Shown in pieces: positions 55,443 through 64,000 of a stretch of DNA of 64,000 nucleotides; positions within the stretch are counted from its first letter, which is position 1; every line of letters starts with the position of its first letter. The translations under genes were made by a program, and so were the position numbers. Under the pieces are notes generated by a model. That model did not search any database. It was given only the letters and a program-made list of their open reading frames with translations, and was not told the origin of the DNA. The stretch spans positions 36,323-100,322 of IMG/VR virus record IMGVR_UViG_3300044796_000141; one strand, written 5' to 3'. Source of the DNA: a virus.

Positions 55443-56902
55443 AAACAGACCTATTATCACCGATGCTTATCGCGGACTTCTATAAGTTGTCCCACAGACT
55501 CCAATATCCAGTTAACACTGAGTTGGTTTATTCCACTTGGACACCGCGCGACAGTCGCATTCCAGAAATTAAGGAAGTTGTGGTCTTTGGTCATCAATCC
55601 TTCGTCAAAGAGTTTTTGATTGATTTTTTTAATGAAAATTTCTTTTCTCAGCCACTAGATAAAGTAAAGAATGATTATGCAAGAATTGTTAAATATGCGC
55701 TCGGCGTTGCAACCCCAGACACTTCACACATTGAAGAATTACACAATCTTGGTTATTTACCCCTTCTCATTAAGGCTTTGCCAGAAGGTACTCGTTCCCC
55801 TATACGCGTTCCTACCTTAACCATTCAAAATACTCATCCAAAGTTCTTTTGGTTGACCAACTATATTGAGACTTTAGCATCTTGTGAATTGTGGCCAAGC
55901 TACACCTCTGCTACGCTCGCTTATGAGTATAAGAAGGTTTTGGATAAGGCGGCTCTTAAAACGGTCGGTAATACGGAATTCGTTCCATTCCAAGGCCATG
56001 ACTTTTCAATGAGAGGTCTTAATGGTCTGAATGCGTCTACCAAGACCGGCATGGGTCATCTTCTCTCATTCGCTGGTACTGACACTATTCCTGCCATCTT
56101 AGCTGCTGAGTACTTCTACCATGCCAACGTGGAGAAAGAGCTTGTAGGCACGTCTATTCCCGCTACAGAGCACAGCGTTCAGTGTACCTATGGCGACGAT
56201 ATGAAGTATTTTACCAGAATGATTTCAGAAGTCCATCCTAGTGGCTTTGTCTCTATTGTTTCAGATGGATATGATTTTTGGGAAGTTATTAATGGTGTCC
56301 TCCCACAACTTAAAGATATGATTATGGCTCGTGATGGAAAGGTCGTCATCCGTCCAGATTCAGGCGACCCAGTTAAGATTGTTGCCGGTGACCCAGACGG
56401 AAAGACCCCATCCGAAGTTAAGGGCGCAATTGAATGCCTTTGGGAAATCTTTGGTGGTACTGTAAGCCCACAAGGCTACAAATGTCTCGATTCTCACATT
56501 GGTATGATTTATGGCGATGCGATTACCGTTGATAGAGCCAAGAGAATTACAGACCAACTTGCAGAAAAAGGCTTTGCCTCAACTAATATTGTGTTCGGTA
56601 TCGGTTCATTTACCTACCAATACAACACGAGAGATACCCTTGGTTTCGCGCTCAAGTCCACTGCTTGCGTCATTAATGGCGCAGAAAAGCAAATCTTCAA
56701 AGACCCAAAGACCGATAGTGGTATCAAGAAATCACAAAAGGGGCGCGTAGTTGTATTCCAAGACGGCGACAAGATTGCTTATAAAGACCAATGTTCACTC
56801 TCTCAAGAATACCCAGAAGACCTCTTGAAACCAATTTTTCAAGACGGAAAACTTCTTGTTGACGAAACTTTCGCAACAATTCGTGCTCGTCTAGCAAAGT
56901 AA
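55439..56902 (+). CDS. nampt: nicotinamide phosphoribosyltransferase-like (NAMPT/Namat-like)
   Basis: DFYKLSHRLQYP...YSTWTPRDSR...HDFSMRGLNG...FAGTDTIPA...PATEHSV...SDGYDFW...IRPDSGDPV. Confidence 0.92.
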   Translation: MKTDLLSPMLIADFYKLSHRLQYPVNTELVYSTWTPRDSRIPEIKEVVVFGHQSFVKEFLIDFFNENFFSQPLDKVKNDYARIVKYALGVATPDTSHIEELHNLGYLPLLIKALPEGTRSPIRVPTLTIQNTHPKFFWLTNYIETLASCELWPSYTSATLAYEYKKVLDKAALKTVGNTEFVPFQGHDFSMRGLNGLNASTKTGMGHLLSFAGTDTIPAILAAEYFYHANVEKELVGTSIPATEHSVQCTYGDDMKYFTRMISEVHPSGFVSIVSDGYDFWEVINGVLPQLKDMIMARDGKVVIRPDSGDPVKIVAGDPDGKTPSEVKGAIECLWEIFGGTVSPQGYKCLDSHIGMIYGDAITVDRAKRITDQLAEKGFASTNIVFGIGSFTYQYNTRDTLGFALKSTACVINGAEKQIFKDPKTDSGIKKSQKGRVVVFQDGDKIAYKDQCSLSQEYPEDLLKPIFQDGKLLVDETFATIRARLAK

Positions 56903-56964
56903 ATCTTTCTTTCAGATTTAAAAAAATTAGTTATATGTGATGTAAAAACAATTTAGGGGGCTCT

Positions 56965-57213
56965 ATGCAGATGGCCTTATTCGGAAAACCTAAAGAACCT
57001 AAACAGCCTGCTACTGTTCTTATTGTACAAACCACCTGTCCCTTTGATTGTCTGCCAGAAGCTCCTATTAGGGTTTTGCGCGATGAAGTAGTTTGGGGCA
57101 AGGGCTACATCCATTGTGTCTGCGAAAGCTGCCAAAAACGATTTACAAGACAAATAGACCCTAGAAAAAACATCGACGCCTATCTAGATAAACATTTCAA
57201 GCCTATTATTTAA
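56965..57213 (+). CDS. small Cys-pair protein
   Basis: TCPFDC...CVCESCQKRF. Confidence 0.6.
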   Translation: MQMALFGKPKEPKQPATVLIVQTTCPFDCLPEAPIRVLRDEVVWGKGYIHCVCESCQKRFTRQIDPRKNIDAYLDKHFKPII

Positions 57214-57252
57214 ATAATATATCTATTTCAACTAGACTATAGTAATTATTAT

Positions 57253-57899
57253 ATGTCTGGATTAATTTACAAAGCAACAAGTCCAAATGGAAAAATTTAT
57301 ATTGGACAAACTTCAAGAACTCTTGAAAAAAGAATAAAATATCATAAGTACGATTCTAAAAAACAAAGAACGCATCATCTAAAATTTTATAGAGCCATAA
57401 CAAAATATGGAATCGATAACTTTAGATGGGAAATTATAGAAGATAATATTGATGAAAATTTATTAGATATAAAAGAATGCGAATGGATAGAAAAATACAA
57501 CTCTCATAAAGAAGGATATAATTCTACGATTGGCGGAAATTCTCAACATATGAGAAAAAATCCTCCTTCTAAAAATCCAATAACCGCCAAAAAGATATCC
57601 AATGCTCTTAAGGGAACAAAAAAAACAAAAGAACATTGTGAAAATATATCTCAAACAAAAAAAGAAATGTTCGCGAAAGGACTGTTAACAAATCCAATGA
57701 AAGGAAAACATCACTCAGAGGATTCAAAAAAGAAAATTCAAAATACAAAGAAAAATAAAATAAAAATTAAATGCAATGAAACTCGGAATTGTATTTGAAA
57801 GCATACACGAAGCCGCAAGAAAAATGAACATTCCTCAACCAAACTTATCAAAGTATCTTCAATTTAGAGAACAAGGAAAAGGAAAACACTGTAGAGGAT

Positions 57900-57922
<23 letters not shown>
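57253..57922 (+). CDS. GIY-YIG endonuclease with NUMOD-type tail and one CGG quadruplet site (57784)
   Basis: GLIYKATSPNGKIYIGQTSRTLEKRIKYH...KIKCNET|GIVFESIHEAARKMNIPQPNLSKYLQFREQGKGKHCRGFTFSKIV. Confidence 0.85.
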
Positions 57923-58411
<489 letters not shown>

Positions 58412-58415
<4 letters not shown>

Positions 58416-58594
58416 GACGCCTCTTCTCTTCGTGCATTGTAATCTAACAAATTAAGTAAGTCTTTTTTAAGGAAGTTTAGGATATCCATATCTTCGTCTT
58501 GGATAGGCGCATGGTTTACATATTGAATTATTTCTACTATTAATTTTACCAATTCTATTCTAAGTGCCAGTTCTGTATTGTCTGGTTCTTCCAT
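58412..58594 (-). CDS. hypothetical protein
   Basis: ORF, 60 aa. Confidence 0.55.
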
Positions 58595-59044
58595 TTATTC
58601 TTCGTCCCCATCTACCATTCCTTTTACGGGCGTAAAACCTTCTCTACGGCCCGTACAGCAGGCTTCGCATGAAGTTATGAACCACGAGCCACGTGAGCGC
58701 AAGACGCCTTCCTTACCACATGATTCACAAACCTTAGCAGACAAATGTTCCGCTTTGGTAATTAATTCTTCCATTTCGTCGGTGCTATAATCCATATAGA
58801 AACGCAACGTGGCATACTTCTCTTTTACTTGTGAAGCTCTAGCATGAACATTCTTATCCTCAAGCTCAGCAAGCTGCTTCAGTATTAAACCTTCCAGCTT
58901 TGAAGACAATTCGTCTATAAGTTGATACCAACCGTCATCTACTTCCAGACCCCAATGCATGCAGCTCTCTCTCATACTTTTATCTTTGTTGGAATAAAGT
59001 AATGGATATTTTCTATAAATTTCGTCTTGTAGTTCTTTTTTCAT
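58595..59044 (-). CDS. hypothetical protein with CESCGKEG zinc motif
   Basis: MKKELQDEIYRKYPLLYSNKDKSMRESCMHWGLEVDDGWYQLIDEL... Confidence 0.7.
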   Translation of the reverse strand: MKKELQDEIYRKYPLLYSNKDKSMRESCMHWGLEVDDGWYQLIDELSSKLEGLILKQLAELEDKNVHARASQVKEKYATLRFYMDYSTDEMEELITKAEHLSAKVCESCGKEGVLRSRGSWFITSCEACCTGRREGFTPVKGMVDGDEE

Positions 59045-59045
59045 T

Positions 59046-59738
59046 TTAAAATTCCTTTTCTTCGGCGTATGGCTCCGTGTATATTTTATAATTATCTTTG
59101 CCCTGCCAATGTAAGGCAACTAATTCTTGTTTGGAAGAGCTATCAATGCACATTCCAAAAACTTTGCCGTCTCCACCCTTATATTCTCTCATTTGCCAAT
59201 TGTGACCATGAACCATAAACTTATCTTGTGGTTTGCGTGGCATCATACGATTCCATATAAATGAATAGTCGTCAATTCCTATATGTTTCCACTCTCTTGA
59301 AAATCTATCTTTTGGAATATTCTTAAGAGATGTAATAGGCGCATGAGAAACAAATAGCTCTTCATCTTCCCAATAAAGTGGGCGCTTGCCTAGCCATTCA
59401 ACAACTTCAGCAGGAACATCAAAAGCGTCTGGATTTTCTAATGTTGCATAGGATTTTAACGTGTATCCACCACCGTTGTGCAACCAACAATCCATTACGT
59501 CGCGCGAACTATTAGCATCAGTTCCGCCACAGCTTTCCCACATCATAGCGTCATGATTACCCATAAGCGCTTCGGCATTGGGCGTTTTCATGAAATATTC
59601 AATAACGCGAGCGGAATCTGGACCTCTATCACAAAGGTCACCCACGGCCAATATTAAATCGACCTTGGGGCACTTAGCAATAAGTTTCATTAAAGAAACA
59701 TACTGTCCAGCGATATCGCCAATTATTAACATATTCAT
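59046..59738 (-). CDS. Ser/Thr phosphatase-like metallophosphoesterase
   Basis: IIGDIAGQY...AVGDLCDRGPDS...LMGNHDAMMWE...FMVHGH. Confidence 0.9.
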   Translation of the reverse strand: MNMLIIGDIAGQYVSLMKLIAKCPKVDLILAVGDLCDRGPDSARVIEYFMKTPNAEALMGNHDAMMWESCGGTDANSSRDVMDCWLHNGGGYTLKSYATLENPDAFDVPAEVVEWLGKRPLYWEDEELFVSHAPITSLKNIPKDRFSREWKHIGIDDYSFIWNRMMPRKPQDKFMVHGHNWQMREYKGGDGKVFGMCIDSSSKQELVALHWQGKDNYKIYTEPYAEEKEF

Positions 59739-60286
59739 TTCATCACCTCTTCAATCTTTAAGAACTTTTTAAAAGAGTTCCTAAAAAACAACATAAGAGA
59801 CGCAGTATTTTGCGCGTCTATCAATGCATTATGTGCTCTACCTTCGAACTTAATATCAAACAATTCCATAGTCTTTTTAAGACCACCTGTCTGCTTAGAT
59901 TGAGAAAATGCAGTTCTTAGAAGAGTTGCCATTTCCTTCAAGTTAAGAAATCTCATTTTGTCTGGATATCTAACTTGATTTTTTTTTGACTCTTCGATTA
60001 TGTAAAAATGGTCAGTACCCCATGAGCAAATATTCTTACAACCCATGTCATCAGTCCATTTCCAAAAATTAGTCAATACTTCTGAACATTGTTGAGCGCC
60101 ATCTACTTCATGTTGTTTAATGCCAGTCAATTCAGTAATAAACTCAGTCAATGGTTCATTTGGATTTGCAAATTGGTCAAATACAGCAAGTGTCTTTTCT
60201 GACGTTAAATCAATGCACACGCCTGCTAATTGTATTAGCGCTTTGCTTGGTTGCGCCATTTCGCAATCGATTACTATATACTTCAC
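59735..60286 (-). CDS. DEDDh 3'-5' exonuclease
   Basis: YIVIDCEMAQ...ITELTGIKQHEVDGA...GRAHNALIDAQNTASLM. Confidence 0.85.
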   Translation of the reverse strand: MKYIVIDCEMAQPSKALIQLAGVCIDLTSEKTLAVFDQFANPNEPLTEFITELTGIKQHEVDGAQQCSEVLTNFWKWTDDMGCKNICSWGTDHFYIIEESKKNQVRYPDKMRFLNLKEMATLLRTAFSQSKQTGGLKKTMELFDIKFEGRAHNALIDAQNTASLMLFFRNSFKKFLKIEEVMK

Positions 60287-60486
60287 TCGTTTTTTGCCTT
60301 TTCTAACATTTCTAAATGTTTTCTAATCCAGCGCATAAAAAATATTCCCTTATCAACTGCCATAAAAGTCGCTTCATTGGTATCTGCGATTGGCACAGGA
60401 AATAATAGTCCGCTCTCCGTAAGATAATACAGATTGCCATTTTTATAATATGTAAAAACTGCCTTACCTTGAATATGTTCTTTCAT
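60283..60486 (-). CDS. hypothetical protein
   Basis: ORF. Confidence 0.6.
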   Translation of the reverse strand: MKEHIQGKAVFTYYKNGNLYYLTESGLLFPVPIADTNEATFMAVDKGIFFMRWIRKHLEMLEKAKNE

Positions 60487-60713
60487 TTTGGTGGCTCCGG
60501 TAATTCTATTTTAGACCAATGCGTATAAGCATCTGTATCTTTGATGCACATTTCGCCATTCTGTCCTTTTCCAATACATAAATCATAAGGTTTAGGATAG
60601 CCTGTAGATTCTACTTCAAATATTTCTATTTTAGGAGGCCAACCTTTATGATTATAATACACATAGTACCAGCCTGGTTCGGTAGGCTTTTCTGTAGTCC
60701 ATTTAGTTTTCAT
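60483..60713 (-). CDS. hypothetical protein
   Basis: TTEKPTEPGWYYVYYN... phage-type small protein. Confidence 0.6.
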   Translation of the reverse strand: MKTKWTTEKPTEPGWYYVYYNHKGWPPKIEIFEVESTGYPKPYDLCIGKGQNGEMCIKDTDAYTHWSKIELPEPPK

Positions 60714-61030
60714 TTTATTAACTTAATCATTGCTACGCCAAATCCTACTACAAGTCCAACACAATAAAAACTAAAATCTGTAATATTATCTAAATTGGTT
60801 TGTTTTGGAATTTCATAGTTAGCATCGTACCAAAACTCTTTAATTGCCGCATAAGTAGTTAAAGCACTAGCAAATATACCAAGCCATAAAAAGCTTGTAT
60901 TACTGAAGTATGCTACCGTGAGCATCAGAGCGTAGCCGGCAAGGGAATGTCCTATTTGGGCCAATACATCAGCGTTATTCATCCAACTATTGGTTAAAAT
61001 CTTTTTCCAGTCAATCATATTCTTCTCCAT
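60710..61030 (-). CDS. membrane protein
   Basis: Several hydrophobic segments. Confidence 0.65.
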   Translation of the reverse strand: MEKNMIDWKKILTNSWMNNADVLAQIGHSLAGYALMLTVAYFSNTSFLWLGIFASALTTYAAIKEFWYDANYEIPKQTNLDNITDFSFYCVGLVVGFGVAMIKLIK

Positions 61031-61179
61031 TTATACTTATTGCAATTTTTACAATATCTATCTTGAATAATTGCATCAAAGATTTCCCCACTAATATTTG
61101 ATTGAACTTTTCTATCCTGATTACTGCTCCATGGATGAAAATTATGAAATTCAAAGAAGCATAAAATATTTTGTATCAT
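61015..61179 (-). CDS. hypothetical small protein
   Basis: MIQNILCFFEFHNFHPWSSNQDRKVQSNISGEIFDAIIQDRYCKNCNKYKWRRI. Confidence 0.45.
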   Translation of the reverse strand: MIQNILCFFEFHNFHPWSSNQDRKVQSNISGEIFDAIIQDRYCKNCNKYKWRRI

Positions 61180-61370
61180 ACTTTTTTCTCAAAAACATAA
61201 TCTAGTTGTATTTGGCCCATTTCTTGAGCAGCCTTATACATATCTTGACCTTCTTTGGTATTTTTAATAAAGTCTTCCCATGTTTTGGAAGCTTTGCGGA
61301 GGCGTTGATTTCGTTGTTTGCGAGATTCTTTTTTAGCGTTCACGATTTTCGCTTTCTTTAAGAAATTCAT
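61176..61370 (-). CDS. hypothetical protein
   Basis: ORF. Confidence 0.6.
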   Translation of the reverse strand: MNFLKKAKIVNAKKESRKQRNQRLRKASKTWEDFIKNTKEGQDMYKAAQEMGQIQLDYVFEKKV

Positions 61371-61481
61371 TTAGCCAATCGCTAAATTCTTTTAGGATTT
61401 GCATATTTTTTGCTAAGTTTGCGTCTTGCTCTGCTCTATGCTTTAAGCATTTAGTATGCTCATCACATATGCATTTTCTAT

Positions 61482-61739
61482 CTACTGACACTCTATTGGT
61501 TCTTTTGGAATGAACTTTTCGCACCCAGGAATTGATTTTAGCGTTGCATCAATACACGCAACAACACAAGTCAATCTAGTGCAGCGGTCTTCTATTGTAC
61601 CACAATTACTAATTGCGCAAGCTTTGGCTTTTGCCAATTGTCCATCATTAAAACAGTCAGTCAAAGCAACTACTTTAACAGGTTGTCTAACTGTAGCGCA
61701 ACTCAACATCAATACAAATGCAGATAATATCTTTTTCAT
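61482..61739 (-). CDS. small lipoprotein
   Basis: MKKILSAFVLMLSC lipobox; Cys-rich. Confidence 0.65.
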   Translation of the reverse strand: MKKILSAFVLMLSCATVRQPVKVVALTDCFNDGQLAKAKACAISNCGTIEDRCTRLTCVVACIDATLKSIPGCEKFIPKEPIECQ

Positions 61740-61793
61740 TTTTTCACCTTATTATATGATTACCATAGCAAAAACTACAGCGAAAGTCAAGAA

Positions 61794-62495
61794 CTATGAT
61801 TTTGGAGGGGTATAAAAACTTTGGACCGAGGTTTCACCCAAAGTATAATTGGCGTATAATTGCGAAGTGGATTGCGCTCTTAATACGTTATTTGCACTCA
61901 TACCAGCCGCAGACGCTACGAATACTGAAGTATTTCCATATGGAATATTAAGAGTTTGAGAAATGTGGGCCAAATCTTGATTTGCTCCGGCGTAAGTTAC
62001 AGTTGCCTTTCCGGTTGCCTGTAAAGCCCTCAGTTCGTCTGCTACTCTCGCGGAAGACCACGCTCTAGAACAATTCTCTGCACCGTCTGATATAATTAAC
62101 ATCAATACGGTTACGCCTGGGTCATTAATGTCAGGTCTAGCCTTCAATAATTCAATTGCCTTGCCAACACCATCATACATTGCAGTCATTGAATTTGGCG
62201 TATATGTATTTCTATCCAAATCCTTGACAGTATCTAGCTTTTCATTTTGAAATACAACTGACACTTCTGAGGAAAACTTTACCAAGTCAACTACTACTTC
62301 GATTTTGCCCGAAGTGGCTTTGACGGCCTTAACTTGTTCATTAAAGGCGCTAATTGCCTGGTCACGAATAGTTTCCATTGACGAACTCTCATCAAGTACC
62401 ATCATAAGGTAATTCTTTGTAATTGCTGGCTTTTTTGCCTTTTTGACAGGTGGCGCTCTTACTACTCTTCTTTTTGCTACTTTCTTTGTTCTCAT
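61794..62495 (-). CDS. von Willebrand factor A domain protein
   Basis: MMVLDESSSMETIRD (MIDAS DxSxS-like)...MTAMYDGVGKAIELL...LMLIISDGAEN. Confidence 0.85.
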   Translation of the reverse strand: MRTKKVAKRRVVRAPPVKKAKKPAITKNYLMMVLDESSSMETIRDQAISAFNEQVKAVKATSGKIEVVVDLVKFSSEVSVVFQNEKLDTVKDLDRNTYTPNSMTAMYDGVGKAIELLKARPDINDPGVTVLMLIISDGAENCSRAWSSARVADELRALQATGKATVTYAGANQDLAHISQTLNIPYGNTSVFVASAAGMSANNVLRAQSTSQLYANYTLGETSVQSFYTPPKS

Positions 62496-62524
62496 TTAAA
62501 ATCTCCTTAAGATTCGTATATTTT

Positions 62525-62599
<75 letters not shown>

Positions 62600-62606
62600 A
62601 TCTATA

Positions 62607-62635
62607 ATTATAACACAGTGCATTATTTTTGTCAA
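62607..62635 (-). promoter_or_regulatory. consensus sigma70 promoter of tRNA-Gly
   Basis: TTGACA (62635-62630) - 17 nt - TATAAT (62612-62607), ~8 nt from the tRNA 5' end. Confidence 0.85.
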
Positions 62636-62923
62636 CTATTTTGGTAAGCGCGCTTCTATAATTTCTTTAGCGGAAAGCAAGCCTTTTTCATGGCCGCGCC
62701 CAAAGGCACTTTCATATCCTTCTTCACAAAAAGTATTGTCAATTTTTTCTTCTAGTGCTTTAATTAATTCTTCAATTAATTCTTTGCGAACGTCTTTAAT
62801 GCCTTGAGTTAAAGTATCAATATTATTTAATAATGAATATTTTTCTTCAGGTATATCATCGTTGAGCCAAATGGCCTCAAATGCATCATATATTTCTTCA
62901 GCCCACTCTTTTGATAGTTTCAT
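62636..62923 (-). CDS. hypothetical protein
   Basis: ORF. Confidence 0.65.
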   Translation of the reverse strand: MKLSKEWAEEIYDAFEAIWLNDDIPEEKYSLLNNIDTLTQGIKDVRKELIEELIKALEEKIDNTFCEEGYESAFGRGHEKGLLSAKEIIEARLPK

Positions 62924-63132
62924 TTTGTTTTATTCCATTCGCGAACAATCATAATCGCAATACACATAACGTCTTGTTCTTTACGTTTCATGCTGTCTGC
63001 TGTATCAGCGAGACAATCTTCTAATTCTTGGCGCATCTCTTCGCGCACTTCATTAATAACGTTCGTAACACTCGAAACTTTATCTTTTGAAGCCTCTATC
63101 GCTTCGCAGGCCCATTCATAAGATGTTTTCAT
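62920..63132 (-). CDS. hypothetical protein
   Basis: ATGA-coupled ORF. Confidence 0.6.
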   Translation of the reverse strand: MKTSYEWACEAIEASKDKVSSVTNVINEVREEMRQELEDCLADTADSMKRKEQDVMCIAIMIVREWNKTK

Positions 63133-63133
63133 A

Positions 63134-63763
63134 TTAAGTCCATAGCGCCTGTCTAACTTTAATTACTCTAATAAGCATTTCAGTTTCTTCGTCTGTATAA
63201 AATTTTTCTAAAGCCAATCTTTCTGCAATTGATATTTTTCTATTGTGTATTGCCCAAAATCTTTTTTCTTGGTCATGTTTCAAATATATATCTTTATACC
63301 AGAGATATACTTCTTTCATTTCTTTGGAACACCAACCTTGAGTCATTTCATGATTAATTTGCAAGTCGCCTTGGGTTTGGCAACCATTATCATCCAAATC
63401 CATTCTTAATTCAATATCTTTTTCAAGAGCTTCTAAACCTAACTCTCTGCCGTGCTTTTTGCAGTATTGAATTTCTGTCATATACCATGGAACTTTTGCA
63501 AGCTCTTCTTTGTTACAACAAAAATATTGCCAGGCTTGCTCAAATTCAATAAATTGCACCAATAAATCAAAGATGGCATGAGTCAATACATGGTCTGCGT
63601 CGTAATAGCCCGGTTTAAGACTAGTAACTTTAATTTCATTATACTTATGAGTAGTACGATATTTAATCCACCAATGGGCCTCTTTAATTGCTTTAAATGG
63701 TTGCGTTCTCCCAAACCACCTACGAACATTATACGTAAATTCAAACCAATCTAATTTTTTCAT
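63134..63763 (-). CDS. hypothetical phage protein
   Basis: 209 aa, VTSLKPGYYDADHVLTHAIFDLLVQFIE... Confidence 0.7.
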   Translation of the reverse strand: MKKLDWFEFTYNVRRWFGRTQPFKAIKEAHWWIKYRTTHKYNEIKVTSLKPGYYDADHVLTHAIFDLLVQFIEFEQAWQYFCCNKEELAKVPWYMTEIQYCKKHGRELGLEALEKDIELRMDLDDNGCQTQGDLQINHEMTQGWCSKEMKEVYLWYKDIYLKHDQEKRFWAIHNRKISIAERLALEKFYTDEETEMLIRVIKVRQALWT

Positions 63764-64000
63764 TTATTCACCCATCTTTGGTTTAATTATATCTTTAATT
63801 AATTTATGTACGACATCTTCTTGTTTATTTAAAAACGGAAAAATAAGTCTAAAATGTCTGAATTTGTAGGCATTATCACGCAAAAATAATCCTACGGTCT
63901 TATTGTACTCTTCTCCGGCTTTAACAGGAGGCAATTGATGTTTTTGTTCATCGACGGCATCAATATATACTCTTGTGTGCGCTAATTCAAGTTCTTTCTT
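63764..64000 (-). CDS. partial CDS running off the window edge
   Basis: Open frame KKELELAHTRVYIDAVDEQKHQLPPVKAGEEYNKTVG...KPKMGE to stop at 63764. Confidence 0.55.
   Translation of the reverse strand, partial: KKELELAHTRVYIDAVDEQKHQLPPVKAGEEYNKTVGLFLRDNAYKFRHFRLIFPFLNKQEDVVHKLIKDIIKPKMGE

Overview
This 64 kb window looks like part of a large tailed-phage (or phage-like) genome: densely packed small ORFs, mostly plus-strand up to ~57.9 kb and minus-strand after it, with four tRNAs, many homing-endonuclease-like genes and accessory enzymes. No capsid, tail or terminase genes were recognised. Three systems stand out. (1) A candidate quadruplet-codon (+1 recoding) system. Eight genes are interrupted at 14 places, and every interruption is an in-frame CGG. 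Reading CGGN as a single glycine (dropping the C) restores canonical motifs each time, for example HKT-G-KVR-G-LLC, FVG-G-GSVA, GYNMTEG-G, CDNC-G and VFC-G. The window also encodes a tRNA-Gly on the minus strand (62526..62599) behind a consensus TTGACA-N17-TATAAT promoter. Its anticodon loop contains UCCG, the exact complement of CGGA, with U34 able to wobble to CGGN. (2) A ubiquitin-like conjugation cassette (45.3-49.2 kb): a Ubl ending in GGR, two paralogous E2-like proteins, a JAMM peptidase and a ThiF/E1-like protein. (3) An NAD/PRPP salvage module: Prs-like, nucleoside-deoxyribosyltransferase-like and NAMPT-like genes, plus NadE elsewhere. Other observations are two hammerhead ribozymes, a paralogous family of MNIEELE..L.P zinc-ribbon proteins, lipoprotein metzincins, a collagen-like lipoprotein and an OmpA-like protein, a Pth2, an RNA ligase, and a ~2 kb non-coding region with perfect inverted repeats. 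All calls come from reading the sequence and the supplied ORF track; no database search was run.
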